In this document: in pieces, positions 1-9,583 of the stretch | How the letters are laid out: each line of letters opens with the position of its first letter | How positions within the stretch are numbered: the stretch's first letter is position 1 | Origin: an uncultured bacterium | Lineage (GTDB): Bacteria > Bacillota > Clostridia > Christensenellales > CAG-917 | NCBI GenBank assembly: GCA_949432885.1 | Contig: CASQXY010000008.1 | Span: forward strand, 663-64,662 | DNA: 64,000 nucleotides | Direction of reading: 5' to 3' | Position numbers and translations under genes: made by a program | Notes under the pieces: model-generated | Seen by the model: the letters and a program-made list of their open reading frames with translations, nothing else | What the model was told of the DNA's origin: nothing | Databases searched by the model: none

Positions 1-1
1 T

Positions 2-145
2 CTGCCCTCCGCGCGTTTGGAGCCGCCCTATTCGGGAGCTAAGGATATGATTCTCGTAGAGGACTTGGACGATAAGAGATTTCTGATTGAATTATTCGAA
101 GCGATGTATCCCGAGCTACCCTCTCCTAAGCCCAAAAAGAAGTAA
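2..145 (+). CDS. 3' end of an unidentified CDS that enters from the left edge (48 codons, ends ...PSPKPKKK*)
   Basis: The frame is open from the window edge to TAA at 143-145. A strong hairpin follows at 181-214. The fragment is too short to assign a function. Confidence 0.35.
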   Translation: MPSARLEPPYSGAKDMILVEDLDDKRFLIELFEAMYPELPSPKPKKK

Positions 146-180
146 CCCAATAATCTAAACGAATATAATTCTGCTAAAAA

Positions 181-214
181 CACAGGGACGGAAGCAACCG
201 CTTCCGCCCCTGTG
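181..214. terminator. Bidirectional stem-loop terminator between convergent genes
   Basis: CACAGGGACGGAAGC-AACC-GCTTCCGCCCCTGTG is a near-perfect 15-bp stem. It lies between the left-edge CDS (+) and the feo operon (-). Confidence 0.65.
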
Positions 215-263
215 CGCTAAAAAAGAGAGAATATTTCGCTCTGCAAAATGCAAAGAGCTACCG

Positions 264-518
264 TTATGCGTTTGAATCCTCGGGGACTCCGCTCTGTTGC
301 ACTTGCTCATCGCACTCGCAACAATACTTGCCAACCTGCTCTGCCGTATTACCCGAGCCGTGACAACCGCCGCCCGCAGCGCTTTTACAGCTTGCGGCAT
401 ACGGACAGCTTCCGCAGCCCGACGGCTTTCCTTTGAGCTTTCTTACTATCGCAACCGCCGCAAAGGCTATGACAATCACAACCGCCGCGACGATAATCAC
501 AATTTCAACAGGTCCCAT
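264..518 (-). CDS. FeoB-associated Cys-rich small membrane protein (84 aa from the ATG at 518)
   Basis: It has an N-terminal TM helix (VEIVIIVAAVVIVIAFAAVAIV) followed by GCGSCPYAASC...GGCHG. It sits directly downstream of feoB. RBS AGAGGTGA lies 5 nt before ATG 518; the ORF track begins at an upstream TTG. Confidence 0.75.
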   Translation of the reverse strand: MGPVEIVIIVAAVVIVIAFAAVAIVRKLKGKPSGCGSCPYAASCKSAAGGGCHGSGNTAEQVGKYCCECDEQVQQSGVPEDSNA

Positions 519-536
519 ATTCACCTCTGAATACAA

Positions 537-2840
537 TTACTTAGCGCTATCCGCTCTTTTCTTATTCTTCGGATTTAGCTTTGAGAAAAACGAGTTTACG
601 TCGATTTTACCCAAGTTGTTCAAAACTATAATCGTAATTATGCCTGCCCACAGTGCGAGGAAGATGAACAGCGTCCACCACCACGAGCCTATCAGATATA
701 TCATCATGGATACGGCGTAGGACACGATCACCCAGAACAGCAACGTCATGCGGAAGGACTTCTTGCTCGGCGACTCCGCCTTAGCGGTAGCGACAGCCGC
801 AAAGCACGGTATCGTGAGCATATTGAACGCTATAAACGCTATCAGACCGGGAATGCCAATACCCGTCGCTCCGATAAGCGCTTCTATTGAGTCTACGCCG
901 CCGAGAGCTTCGTCCGCAACGAAACCGCTGACCACACATGCCGCAAGCGTTCCAAATGTAGCTATAACGTTCTCCTTTGCGATGAGTCCAGTTATTGCCG
1001 CGACCGCGAACACCCAACCGAACGAGCCTAGCTGACTGCCGAAGCCTACGGGCGTAAAGAGCGGTTGAATAAGCTGACCTATGTTTGCGAGGATACTGTT
1101 GTTCATCTCCTCGTCGGGGAGATAGCCCCAACTCCAAGAGAAGTGACTGAAAAACCAGATAGCTATCGTTGATACGAGTATGATTGTAAACGCTTTCTTT
1201 ATAAAGTGTTTGAGCTTATCCCACAGGTGAAGCATAAGGTTTTTGAACTGCGGCGCGTGATAGGCGGGCAACTCCATGATAAACGGCGGAACTTCGCCTT
1301 TCATAGTGGTATTGCGCATAAGCAGTACGGCGCAGATTGCGACGACTATGCCGAGCAAATACATACTGTACGTAATTATATCGGCGTTGTTTATATTCGC
1401 CAAAGTCAGTATGCCGCCCGAAACCGCCGTCAGAATAGGCAATTTCGCTCCGCAGCTGAAAAACGGAATTACTCTGAGCGTAGCCGTCCTTTCGTTCTGG
1501 TCCGCCAGCGTTCTTGTATTTATCATCGCGGGAACGGAACAGCCGAAGCCCATTATCATCGGCATAAACGCTCTGCCCGACAAACCGAATTTTCTGAAAA
1601 TTCTGTCCAGTATAAACGCGACTCGCGCCATATAACCGCTGTCTTCGAGAATAGAAAAAAACAGGAACAACAACAGGATCTGAGGCAGGAAGCTCAACAC
1701 CGAAAACAGACCTCCGAGCACGCCGTCGCATATAAAACCCGTCGCCCACTCGGCAACACCGCCGCTTTCCATTGCGCCGCGTATTGCGTCTGTAAGAGAA
1801 TCCGTGCCAAGGCCGAGCAAGTTCTGCAAAAACACTCCGGGTGAATTGATTCCGCTCTCTCCGAACAGCCCTTCCGCGGCTGTGCCTTCCAGCGAAACCC
1901 ACCCTTCGGGCAGACCATAGCCTATAAACAGGAAGTTTTCGGAGAACGTAAGATGGAATACCGCAAAAAGAATAAGCAGGAAAATTGGAATACCCCAAAT
2001 CTTATGCGTAAGCACCCTGTCCGCTTTATCCGAGCGCGACAGCTTTTCCTTTTCATTACCCTTGTTCTTCACTACGACGGACGAATAATTTTTGGAGATA
2101 TACTTATATCTGCTGTCGGCGACTATCGCCTCGAAGTCGCTTCCGAACGTATCATCCTCGAAAGTCTGCTTGAACTCCTCGACCATATGAGCGGATTCGG
2201 GGTGCATTTTAACTTCGATTTCGTCAAGCTCCACAAGCTTAATCGCATGGAAAAGCGAATTGTCCACCTTCTGACCTTCGAGCGCGATTTTGCAGTCGCG
2301 TATAAGGTGCATAAGTTGGGTTCCGTCGAGTACGGTAGAGCCCGTTCTCGGCTCTTTGGATATCTCGTACGCGCGCCTCATAAGCTCGTCGAGTCCGCTT
2401 TCTTTAAGCGCGGATATTGCGACTACCGGCAGCCCCATCTTTTCTTCGAGCTTTTCGGGGTCGATTTTATCCCCGTTTTTCTCGACCGCGTCCATCATAT
2501 TAAGAGCAATGACGATAGGAACGTCGATTTCCATAATCTGAGTGGTGAGATACAGATTCCTTTCGAGATTGGTTGCGTCTATTATGTTTATGATACAATC
2601 GGGCTTTTCATCGAGTATGTAATTTCTCGAAATGACTTCCTCGGGAGTATAGGGCGACAGCGAATATATCCCCGGCAAATCGACTATGGCGATTGGCTCG
2701 CCGCACTTTTTGTACACGCCTTCCCTTTTATCTACTGTCACGCCCGGCCAGTTGCCTACGTGCGCGGTAGATCCCGTAAGGCTGTTGAACAACGTGGTTT
2801 TGCCGCAGTTGGGATTTCCCGCAAGAGCAAACTTTTTCAT
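537..2840 (-). CDS. feoB: Ferrous iron transport protein B
   Basis: 767 aa. It has an N-terminal small-GTPase domain (GNPNCGKTTLFN, DLPG) and a polytopic C-terminal gate domain. Its start overlaps the feoA stop by 4 nt. Confidence 0.97.
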   Translation of the reverse strand: MKKFALAGNPNCGKTTLFNSLTGSTAHVGNWPGVTVDKREGVYKKCGEPIAIVDLPGIYSLSPYTPEEVISRNYILDEKPDCIINIIDATNLERNLYLTTQIMEIDVPIVIALNMMDAVEKNGDKIDPEKLEEKMGLPVVAISALKESGLDELMRRAYEISKEPRTGSTVLDGTQLMHLIRDCKIALEGQKVDNSLFHAIKLVELDEIEVKMHPESAHMVEEFKQTFEDDTFGSDFEAIVADSRYKYISKNYSSVVVKNKGNEKEKLSRSDKADRVLTHKIWGIPIFLLILFAVFHLTFSENFLFIGYGLPEGWVSLEGTAAEGLFGESGINSPGVFLQNLLGLGTDSLTDAIRGAMESGGVAEWATGFICDGVLGGLFSVLSFLPQILLLFLFFSILEDSGYMARVAFILDRIFRKFGLSGRAFMPMIMGFGCSVPAMINTRTLADQNERTATLRVIPFFSCGAKLPILTAVSGGILTLANINNADIITYSMYLLGIVVAICAVLLMRNTTMKGEVPPFIMELPAYHAPQFKNLMLHLWDKLKHFIKKAFTIILVSTIAIWFFSHFSWSWGYLPDEEMNNSILANIGQLIQPLFTPVGFGSQLGSFGWVFAVAAITGLIAKENVIATFGTLAACVVSGFVADEALGGVDSIEALIGATGIGIPGLIAFIAFNMLTIPCFAAVATAKAESPSKKSFRMTLLFWVIVSYAVSMMIYLIGSWWWTLFIFLALWAGIITIIVLNNLGKIDVNSFFSKLNPKNKKRADSAK

Positions 2841-3172
2841 ACGTCAGCCTCCTCTTCCGTTTTGCGGCTTTTACTCTTAAAAAAGCCGAATCTCTTCTGC
2901 TTCTTTTCCTCTTTCGCGGAATTGAGTCTGCGCTCCTCGTCCTCGGAGCACTCACAGGTAACCGCCTGTGCCTCCGTGTTTCTGAGCGTAAGCTCGTAAC
3001 CGCGCATCGTCACCTCTATCGGGTCGCCGAGAGGCGCTTTTTTTCTGAGCGTTACGTCCGCTCCGGGAGTAACGCCCATATCGAACAGTCTTCGTCTGAT
3101 TTTTCCGTCGCCTCCGACGGCGGTTATGACGCCCGACTGTCCGATTATGAATTGGTCAAGTGTCTTTTTCAT
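2837..3172 (-). CDS. feoA: FeoA-domain protein with a charged C-terminal tail of about 35 aa
   Basis: FeoA/SH3-like core (GQSGVITAV...RRRLFDMGVTPGADVTL). It is translationally coupled to feoB. Confidence 0.85.
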   Translation of the reverse strand: MKKTLDQFIIGQSGVITAVGGDGKIRRRLFDMGVTPGADVTLRKKAPLGDPIEVTMRGYELTLRNTEAQAVTCECSEDEERRLNSAKEEKKQKRFGFFKSKSRKTEEEADV

Positions 3173-3182
3173 ATCTGCTCCT

Positions 3183-3395
3183 TTATGCCACTAAAATTTT
3201 TGTCGCAAGATTTTTGTCAAGAGCGAGACGGCCGTCCTTTATCATACAGATTGTACTGCCTCCGCTCTGAGACACGATACTTATCGTGGACGACAGCGTA
3301 ATCCCGAGACTTTCCAGATGCTTTTTCGTCTTATCGTCGGTAAGTATCTTAACGATTCTAAGCTCTCTGCCTATCGGCGCAACTACAAGCGGCAT
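3183..3395 (-). CDS. feoA: FeoA-domain protein (second copy, 70 aa)
   Basis: Short FeoA fold (LRIVKI...LESLGI...G..I). It is the first gene of the feo operon. Confidence 0.85.
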   Translation of the reverse strand: MPLVVAPIGRELRIVKILTDDKTKKHLESLGITLSSTISIVSQSGGSTICMIKDGRLALDKNLATKILVA

Positions 3396-3436
3396 AAACC
3401 CTCCCGTTTCATATTGTAATCGATTGGGATTGCAAA

Positions 3437-3532
3437 TGTGAAACTTATTTCATATTTTTAGCGAATACATAATAGCACCGAGAATAAAATTCCGTCAACC
3501 GTTTTTATTAAAAATATGAAAAATTTTTCACA
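3437..3532. promoter_or_regulatory. Pair of inverted 18-bp operator-like sites in the feoA/tetR divergent region
   Basis: The sites are TGTGAAACTTATTTCATA (3437-3454) and TATGAAAAATTTTTCACA (3515-3532). The reverse complement of the second matches the first at 15/18 positions. Each is internally palindromic (TGAAA..TTTCA). Confidence 0.4.
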
Positions 3533-3550
3533 TTTACGAAATTTTGTTTA

Positions 3551-3579
3551 TTGCTTTATTTTCAAAACGGCATTATAAT
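3551..3579 (+). promoter_or_regulatory. Sigma-A-type promoter for tetR
   Basis: TTGCTT, 17-nt spacer, TATAAT (3574-3579). Confidence 0.5.
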
Positions 3580-3596
3580 CAATAAAAAGGGCGCAT

Positions 3597-3610
3597 GCGC
3601 ACGCGTGCGC
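3597..3610. promoter_or_regulatory. Perfect 14-bp GC palindrome between the tetR -10 box and RBS (candidate TetR auto-operator or 5'-UTR hairpin)
   Basis: GCGCACGCGTGCGC is its own reverse complement. It is embedded in an otherwise AT-rich intergenic region. Confidence 0.4.
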
Positions 3611-3619
3611 GCATTATAG

Positions 3620-4225
3620 GTGAATATGGAACGTGAAGTGCGCGAGCCCAAACAGGAACGCTCGATAGAAAAGAAAAACAAAATTCTGCAAGCGGGATAC
3701 GAGCTTTTTTCAAACGTAGGCTATTACAGTACGAATACCGCTCAGATAGCAAAACGTGCGGGAGTGTCCACCGGCATAGTTTACGGCTATTTCAAGGATA
3801 AGCGGGATATATTGCTTGATGTGCTCGGCATATATGTGGAAAGAGCGTTTTCTCCCGTTCTCAAACTTATAGATTCCCTCAAAGCGCCGATAAATTATTA
3901 TGTCCTTGCCAAGGACGTGCTTGACAACGCGATTGACATTCACCGCAACAACGCCAAAATTCACGAGGCTCTGCACTCTATGTCGCATACGGATACCGAT
4001 GTCAACGCCAGATTCATAGAACTCGAAGACAGCATAACTCTCAGAATATCCAACAAACTTGCGGCGCTTGGAGCCGACGCGCCCAACCTTACGGAACGAG
4101 TGCATTTTGCCATGGATATCGTCCAATCCTTTTCGCACGAATGGATTTTCGACAATCATCCCTACATAGATTATGCCGCTATGCGTACGATAGTCGAAAA
4201 CACATTGGTTGCTCTGTTTATCTGA
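3620..4225 (+). CDS. TetR/AcrR-family transcriptional regulator
   Basis: N-terminal HTH (YYSTNTAQIAKRAGVSTGIVYGYFKDK). The ORF opens at GTG 3620; ATG 3626 is an alternative start. Confidence 0.9.
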   Translation: MNMEREVREPKQERSIEKKNKILQAGYELFSNVGYYSTNTAQIAKRAGVSTGIVYGYFKDKRDILLDVLGIYVERAFSPVLKLIDSLKAPINYYVLAKDVLDNAIDIHRNNAKIHEALHSMSHTDTDVNARFIELEDSITLRISNKLAALGADAPNLTERVHFAMDIVQSFSHEWIFDNHPYIDYAAMRTIVENTLVALFI

Positions 4226-4447
4226 TTTCTTTTCTCAGTTCGCATTTAAAATTCAATCAATAGAACTACTTAAAAACTCCGCGAAGGCAGCATAAACCTG
4301 CACACAGATATTCCGAAAATAAACTGTCAGCAGCTAAACGCAAAAACCGGTTTAAATGCGCAAAACAAGGCTATAAACATATCTTTCGGTAAAATAGTTC
4401 GGTTTTTGATTGTAACATTCGATATCAAATCGCTTCAAGTATAATTA

Positions 4448-5383
4448 TCAGCCGACGAGTATATGCATGTTTCTAAGCTCGGCATTCTTTATTTTCTTCA
4501 AAATCGCAAACCCGTACGGCTCCAAATAACCGTCTTTGCAATCCGCAAGCTCCTGCCGTTTTATTTCGTTTGCTACGGCGAGAGAAATATCCTCGATTAT
4601 GTCGAGTTTTATTCTCCTTCCATCGCCGTCATTGTCGGCAGTGAGCAAAAATTCCAGCGGCGCCGTCATGTCAGAAAGTATTTCGAGAGAGCGCATGGCT
4701 TTGAAGGACCACTTGAAGTACGGACAGTGCTTCCTGTTAAGCAAAAATATAATCTCCGCGGCATTTCTCACAAATTCTGAAAGCGCGAGCATAGCCGCGC
4801 CCTCTTCTTTGTGCGCAAGACAGCGCGCATAATTATACTGTCCGCTCTGAGCCATTCTCACCGCCGCCGCGGCTGTTTTTTTCAGACGTACGTCCTCGGG
4901 CATTCCGTTTGCTATAATATCTCTGATACGTGAAAATTCTCCGAGGTCGTCGCGGAAAACCTTGCCGTTGACTGCCTCCGCAAAATACGCGCTCTCTGTG
5001 AACAGCCAGTCGCGCAGAGTTTCTGGCGCACCGAGGCAACCCGTATATCTTCTGTAAAACTCTCCGATAACGGAAACTCCCTGCGAGTTCGCTCCTATCG
5101 CGCTGGTATGTTTGAGCTTCGCGCCGCCGTATTCGGATTTTAGCGCGTCGTACGCCCTCGTAAGTCTGAAACCTATTTTTTCCTCGTCCTCGCGCGTTAG
5201 CCAAAGGCAGAAGCCCGTTTCAAAATCGTGGTCCTCTGACACCTCGTCGTCGTATCCGAAACACTCCGACCCGTGTCCCGCGAGACCGACCGCTATGCGG
5301 TTTGCATACTCGGGAAATTCGCGCTCTATCATCCGAGCGCCGCACTCCATATAAAATTTTTCGGCATTTATCAATCCGTTCAT
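4448..5383 (-). CDS. DUF4037 domain protein
   Basis: The N-terminal signature GLAGHGSECFGYDDEVSEDHDFETGFCLW is recalled as typical of DUF4037. Confidence 0.75.
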   Translation of the reverse strand: MNGLINAEKFYMECGARMIEREFPEYANRIAVGLAGHGSECFGYDDEVSEDHDFETGFCLWLTREDEEKIGFRLTRAYDALKSEYGGAKLKHTSAIGANSQGVSVIGEFYRRYTGCLGAPETLRDWLFTESAYFAEAVNGKVFRDDLGEFSRIRDIIANGMPEDVRLKKTAAAAVRMAQSGQYNYARCLAHKEEGAAMLALSEFVRNAAEIIFLLNRKHCPYFKWSFKAMRSLEILSDMTAPLEFLLTADNDGDGRRIKLDIIEDISLAVANEIKRQELADCKDGYLEPYGFAILKKIKNAELRNMHILVG

Positions 5384-5411
5384 GACACAGTTATCCGTTT
5401 ACGCGTCGAGA

Positions 5412-6212
5412 CTACGCGTTGTTTGCCTCGTAAATTTTTTTTACTCTTTCTTCCAACTCGCTTTTTTCCAAAAAGTATCCGAAGAACCCGAAAACGGAAG
5501 AGCATTTTTCACAGCTCCTCGCATAGTTTCCGTCCCTCGGTATCGACTCGTCGTTAAGACATTCGTAGGCAAGTTCCAGAAAACCTTCAATCATATTCTC
5601 GTTCACCTCATAATTTCCCGGCTCCGTGTCATAAACCAATAAAGCATAATTGACATAAGTCACCGCAAGCTCGCTGTATCCGCCCTTCTTTTTCAAGACG
5701 GCGATAGCCTTGATGTACATATCGCGGGCTTCGTCGTTTTTGCCTCCGACATCGCTCAGCGCGGATGCATAATTATTATATAATCCCGCGAGGCGGAAAT
5801 CGTCGTCGGGGAGCAGCCGTTCGTACACGTCTTTCGCCTTCTCATAATACTCCATCGCCTCCGCCGCTTTGCCGAACGCCTTCATGGTCGTTGCGCAGTT
5901 AAGATATATCGTGGCGTTTGCCACGCTGTCACCGCTATCGGTACAGTTCAAAAGTCCCAGCGCTTCATTCACCGCACGCAAGCCCTTTTCCTCATCCTCC
6001 ATACTGCGATAATATCCAACCTGTTCGCTCAGAATTTCCAAAAGTCCGCGCGTATCATTCAGCGCGCGCGCTTCATTCTCCCAATATTCGAGCAGTCTGC
6101 CCGCCTCCGCCATATCGTTTTTGTCGAAAAGCATATCGAGCTTATCTAATATACGCATTATCGGGATACTTCCCATTGGCTCCTTAGAGCAACAGCATTT
6201 TCCTTCGGACAT
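5412..6212 (-). CDS. Tetratricopeptide-repeat protein (partner of the DUF4037 gene)
   Basis: Repeated A..YY.KA..vYe-type TPR helices. Start moved to ATG 6212 (RBS AAGAAGGAG). The N-terminus is MSEGKCCCSKEP. Confidence 0.75.
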   Translation of the reverse strand: MSEGKCCCSKEPMGSIPIMRILDKLDMLFDKNDMAEAGRLLEYWENEARALNDTRGLLEILSEQVGYYRSMEDEEKGLRAVNEALGLLNCTDSGDSVANATIYLNCATTMKAFGKAAEAMEYYEKAKDVYERLLPDDDFRLAGLYNNYASALSDVGGKNDEARDMYIKAIAVLKKKGGYSELAVTYVNYALLVYDTEPGNYEVNENMIEGFLELAYECLNDESIPRDGNYARSCEKCSSVFGFFGYFLEKSELEERVKKIYEANNA

Positions 6213-6225
6213 AAGCGTCTCCTTC

Positions 6226-6798
6226 TTAATGTATTTTATCAAATCGGATTATGGATTTGAATGCTTCCGTTACATTCTCTCTAAGCTCCGACAGACTTCC
6301 AGAATTATCAACGACGAAGTCCGCCGATTGGAGCAGAATACCTTCGTCTGCCTGTGCGTTTATTCTTGCAAGCGCGTCGCGCTCCGACATACCTCGCGCG
6401 GCAAGCCTTTCCAAGCGTATTTCGAGCGGCGCGTATATGAGAATGGTTTTATCGAAGAGCTTCTGCGCGCCTATTTCATAAAACAGCGGCATTTCCGCAA
6501 CGAGGGGGTCGGATTTTTCCTCTGCGATACGGCGAAGAATGGACGGATGCGCTATTGCGTTCAGTTTTTTCAGCTCTTCATCGTTTGCAAATACTATATC
6601 CGCAAGCTTTCTCCTATCCAATTTCCCAAAGTTTACGACGGACGGAAAAGCGGCTGCAATCTCTTTTATATATTCGGGAGATTGCAATAGTACGGAATTT
6701 ATCTCGTCCGCACTCAACGTAAAAAAACCGAGTTCCGCCGCTATTTTCATCGCCTCGCTTTTCCCTGAACCTATTCCGCCTATAATCGCAATTCTCAT
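6226..6798 (-). CDS. coaE: Dephospho-CoA kinase
   Basis: P-loop IIGGIGSGKS at the N-terminus. Size is 190 aa. It lies downstream of polA, as in many Firmicutes. Confidence 0.9.
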   Translation of the reverse strand: MRIAIIGGIGSGKSEAMKIAAELGFFTLSADEINSVLLQSPEYIKEIAAAFPSVVNFGKLDRRKLADIVFANDEELKKLNAIAHPSILRRIAEEKSDPLVAEMPLFYEIGAQKLFDKTILIYAPLEIRLERLAARGMSERDALARINAQADEGILLQSADFVVDNSGSLSELRENVTEAFKSIIRFDKIH

Positions 6799-6881
6799 GT
6801 TTCTTTCCGTTTGCGGCGCAATCTATGCCGCTGTATCCGCGTTTGCTGCGCGCGGCGCAACGCTTTTTCGCTATCGCAAAA

Positions 6882-9389
6882 CTATTTCAACGCGCCCCAG
6901 TCCTCCGCCGACGCTGCGTTCGCCACAAGCGGCACTTTGAGCTTAACCGCCCTTTCCATCTCGCAGATGAGAATATTCATAACCTCGTCCGCCTCGTCCT
7001 TAGCCGCGTCGATAATAAGCTCGTCGTGTATCTGTAAAATCATCTTGGACTTTTTGTCCTTCAAGCGGTTTTCGACGTCTATCATCGCCAGCTTGATTAT
7101 ATCAGCCGCCGACCCCTGCAAAGGAGTATTCATTGCCATACGTTCCGCCGCCGAACGCACAGGATAACTCGAAGCGTTCAAGTCTGACATATTTCGCCGC
7201 CTGCCTAGCATAGTTATTGCATAGCCCTTTTCTCTCGCCTCGCGCACGCACCCGTCCATGTAATCTCGCACGTCGGGGTGCTCCGTGAAATAATTGGCGA
7301 TGAACTCTCGCGCCTTATATTGCGGAATAGATAGGTTTTCGGCAAGTCCGAATCCGCTTATCCCGTATATGATGCCGAAATTGACCGCCTTTGCGTCCCT
7401 GCGCTGCGCGGCAGTAACCTGTGATATAGGTATCCCGAGTATCTGCGACGCGGTTATCGCATGGATATCATCTTCATTGTTGAACGCGTCTATAAGCTGT
7501 TTGTCGCCGCTCATATGGGCGAGCAGTCTAAGTTCTATTTGAGAGTAATCAGCAGAAACGAGCACGTTTCCCTCGCTTGGCAAAAACGCGCTCTTTATGT
7601 CCTTTGCCTCCTCACTGCGCGTGGGGATATTCTGCAAATTGGGATTGGTGGACGACAGTCTGCCCGTAGTCGTCACGCATTGATTAAACTCCGTATGGAT
7701 ACGTCCTCTGTTTATCAGCGGCTGAAGCCCTACGACGTAAGTCGATTGGAGCTTAGAGTAATGTCGATATTCCAAAATATCCTTCACTATGGGGTGAGCG
7801 TTGACCAGATTCGCAAGCACGTCCTCGCTCACGGAATAACCCGTCTTTGTCTTTTTGCCGTGCGGCAATCCAAGTTTGTCAAACAGAATTTCGCCAAGTT
7901 GCTTGGGCGACGCGATATTAAAAACGCACCCCGCTCCGTCGTATATGCGCTTTGCAAGTCTGTCTATAATTTCGCCGTATTTAGATTCCAACTCCTTCAA
8001 TTTGTCGTACGAAACGTGCACTCCGCGCTCTTCCATATTGCGCAAAACCACGCAAAGCGGCTGTTCAACCTCAAAAAACAACTTGTAAAGTTGCTTTTCG
8101 TGTAATAAGGCGGTCAATTTATCGCATTCCGCAAACAGTTCCGCCGCTCCGACGGAGTAGCCGTCTGCTCCCAAAACCTGCGCAAGACTCTTTATGGGCG
8201 CACTCTCGCGTGCAAGGTGCGCGGCAATCATAACGTCGAAGAATTTTTCGTTTTGAAAGCCGTATTTCTTGGAAAGAGATTTAAAATCGTAACAGACGAG
8301 CTCCTTATCCGCCGTGCCCTTGCGCACGATTTCAATCGCGTCGTCGAAGAACATTCCGTCGCTGAATAAGTCCTCTGCGCAGTTGACAACATACTCCGTC
8401 CTGCCGTCCACAGAGAAAGAAACGTTATCGTCGATAACAAGCGCGACCCTGTCCCCCGCCAGCGCGGAATTTATTTCCTCTGCGGATTTCAGCGCCACAG
8501 TGTTCTTATCGAATTCCTGCGGAGTCGGCTCGCTTTCGTCAAACTTCATCCTGCTTGCAAGCGTTGATATTTCAAGCTCCGCGAGCTTTGCTTTTACCTC
8601 CTGCGTGTATACGGGAGTAAACTTCAAATCGTCCAGCGTACACTCTACGGGCACGTTTAAATCTATTGTGGCAAGCCTTCTGCTGAGCAATGCGGAATCT
8701 CTGCCGTTCTGGACCTTTTCTCCCAATTTACCCTTTATATCCGCCGCATGCTCCAACACTCCGTCCAGCGAACCGAAATCGGCAATCAACTGCTTTGCGG
8801 TCTTCTCACCGACGCCGGGGATACCGGGTATATTGTCGGACGGGTCTCCCATAAGCGCTTTATAGTCTATGAACTGCGCCGTAGTAAAGCCGTCCGAAAG
8901 CAGTCGCGCTTCGTCGTAAATCTCTATCTCAGTGACTCCGCGCTTCGTCCAGAATACGCGCGTGCTCGGACTTACGAGCTGAAAACTGTCGCGGTCGCCC
9001 GTCACAATAATGCTTTCGTCGTCAAAACGCCTCGACAACGTGCCCAATATGTCGTCGCCCTCGTAACCTTGAAGACTTACGATTTTTATACCCATCGCCG
9101 TAATCAGACTTTTGAGAGGCTCCACCTGCTGGCGAAGCTCCTCGTCCATAGGCTTGCGCGTCGCCTTGTAGCCGTCGTACATTTCGTGTCTGAAAGTCGG
9201 TCCTTTGAGGTCGAACGCCGCTGCGATATGCGTGGGCTGCTGCTCCTTGATAAGTCTGAGCAAAATATTCAAAAATCCGAAAATCGCACCCGTATACTGA
9301 CCTGTGGTCGTTTTTAAGTTCGGCAAAGCGTGATATGCCCGGTGCATAAGACTGTTGGAATCCAAAAGCAATATTCTGTTCTTTGACAT
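6882..9389 (-). CDS. polA: DNA polymerase I
   Basis: 835 aa. It has a 5'-nuclease N-terminus, motif A (VSADYSQIELRLLAH) and motif C (LQIHDELIID). Confidence 0.97.
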   Translation of the reverse strand: MSKNRILLLDSNSLMHRAYHALPNLKTTTGQYTGAIFGFLNILLRLIKEQQPTHIAAAFDLKGPTFRHEMYDGYKATRKPMDEELRQQVEPLKSLITAMGIKIVSLQGYEGDDILGTLSRRFDDESIIVTGDRDSFQLVSPSTRVFWTKRGVTEIEIYDEARLLSDGFTTAQFIDYKALMGDPSDNIPGIPGVGEKTAKQLIADFGSLDGVLEHAADIKGKLGEKVQNGRDSALLSRRLATIDLNVPVECTLDDLKFTPVYTQEVKAKLAELEISTLASRMKFDESEPTPQEFDKNTVALKSAEEINSALAGDRVALVIDDNVSFSVDGRTEYVVNCAEDLFSDGMFFDDAIEIVRKGTADKELVCYDFKSLSKKYGFQNEKFFDVMIAAHLARESAPIKSLAQVLGADGYSVGAAELFAECDKLTALLHEKQLYKLFFEVEQPLCVVLRNMEERGVHVSYDKLKELESKYGEIIDRLAKRIYDGAGCVFNIASPKQLGEILFDKLGLPHGKKTKTGYSVSEDVLANLVNAHPIVKDILEYRHYSKLQSTYVVGLQPLINRGRIHTEFNQCVTTTGRLSSTNPNLQNIPTRSEEAKDIKSAFLPSEGNVLVSADYSQIELRLLAHMSGDKQLIDAFNNEDDIHAITASQILGIPISQVTAAQRRDAKAVNFGIIYGISGFGLAENLSIPQYKAREFIANYFTEHPDVRDYMDGCVREAREKGYAITMLGRRRNMSDLNASSYPVRSAAERMAMNTPLQGSAADIIKLAMIDVENRLKDKKSKMILQIHDELIIDAAKDEADEVMNILICEMERAVKLKVPLVANAASAEDWGALK

Positions 9390-9505
9390 AACGACCTGCC
9401 GAATTTGAGATTAATATACGCGTTTATAATATAATAATTATAACACCATATTGCGTATTTTACAATGCATAAACTTTATTTGCGCGCACCTTTATTTATG
9501 CTCTG

Positions 9506-9562
9506 AAAAAAAACGTCCTCGCCCCTTCCGCGGCATATTGGCACACTGTTCGGGCGAGGACG
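9506..9562 (-). terminator. Rho-independent terminator after the 1092-aa gene
   Basis: On the minus strand, CGTCCTCGCCC...GGGCGAGGACG forms an 11-bp stem with a large loop and is followed by U8. Confidence 0.6.
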
Positions 9563-9583
9563 CAACTACGATATTCGGATATT

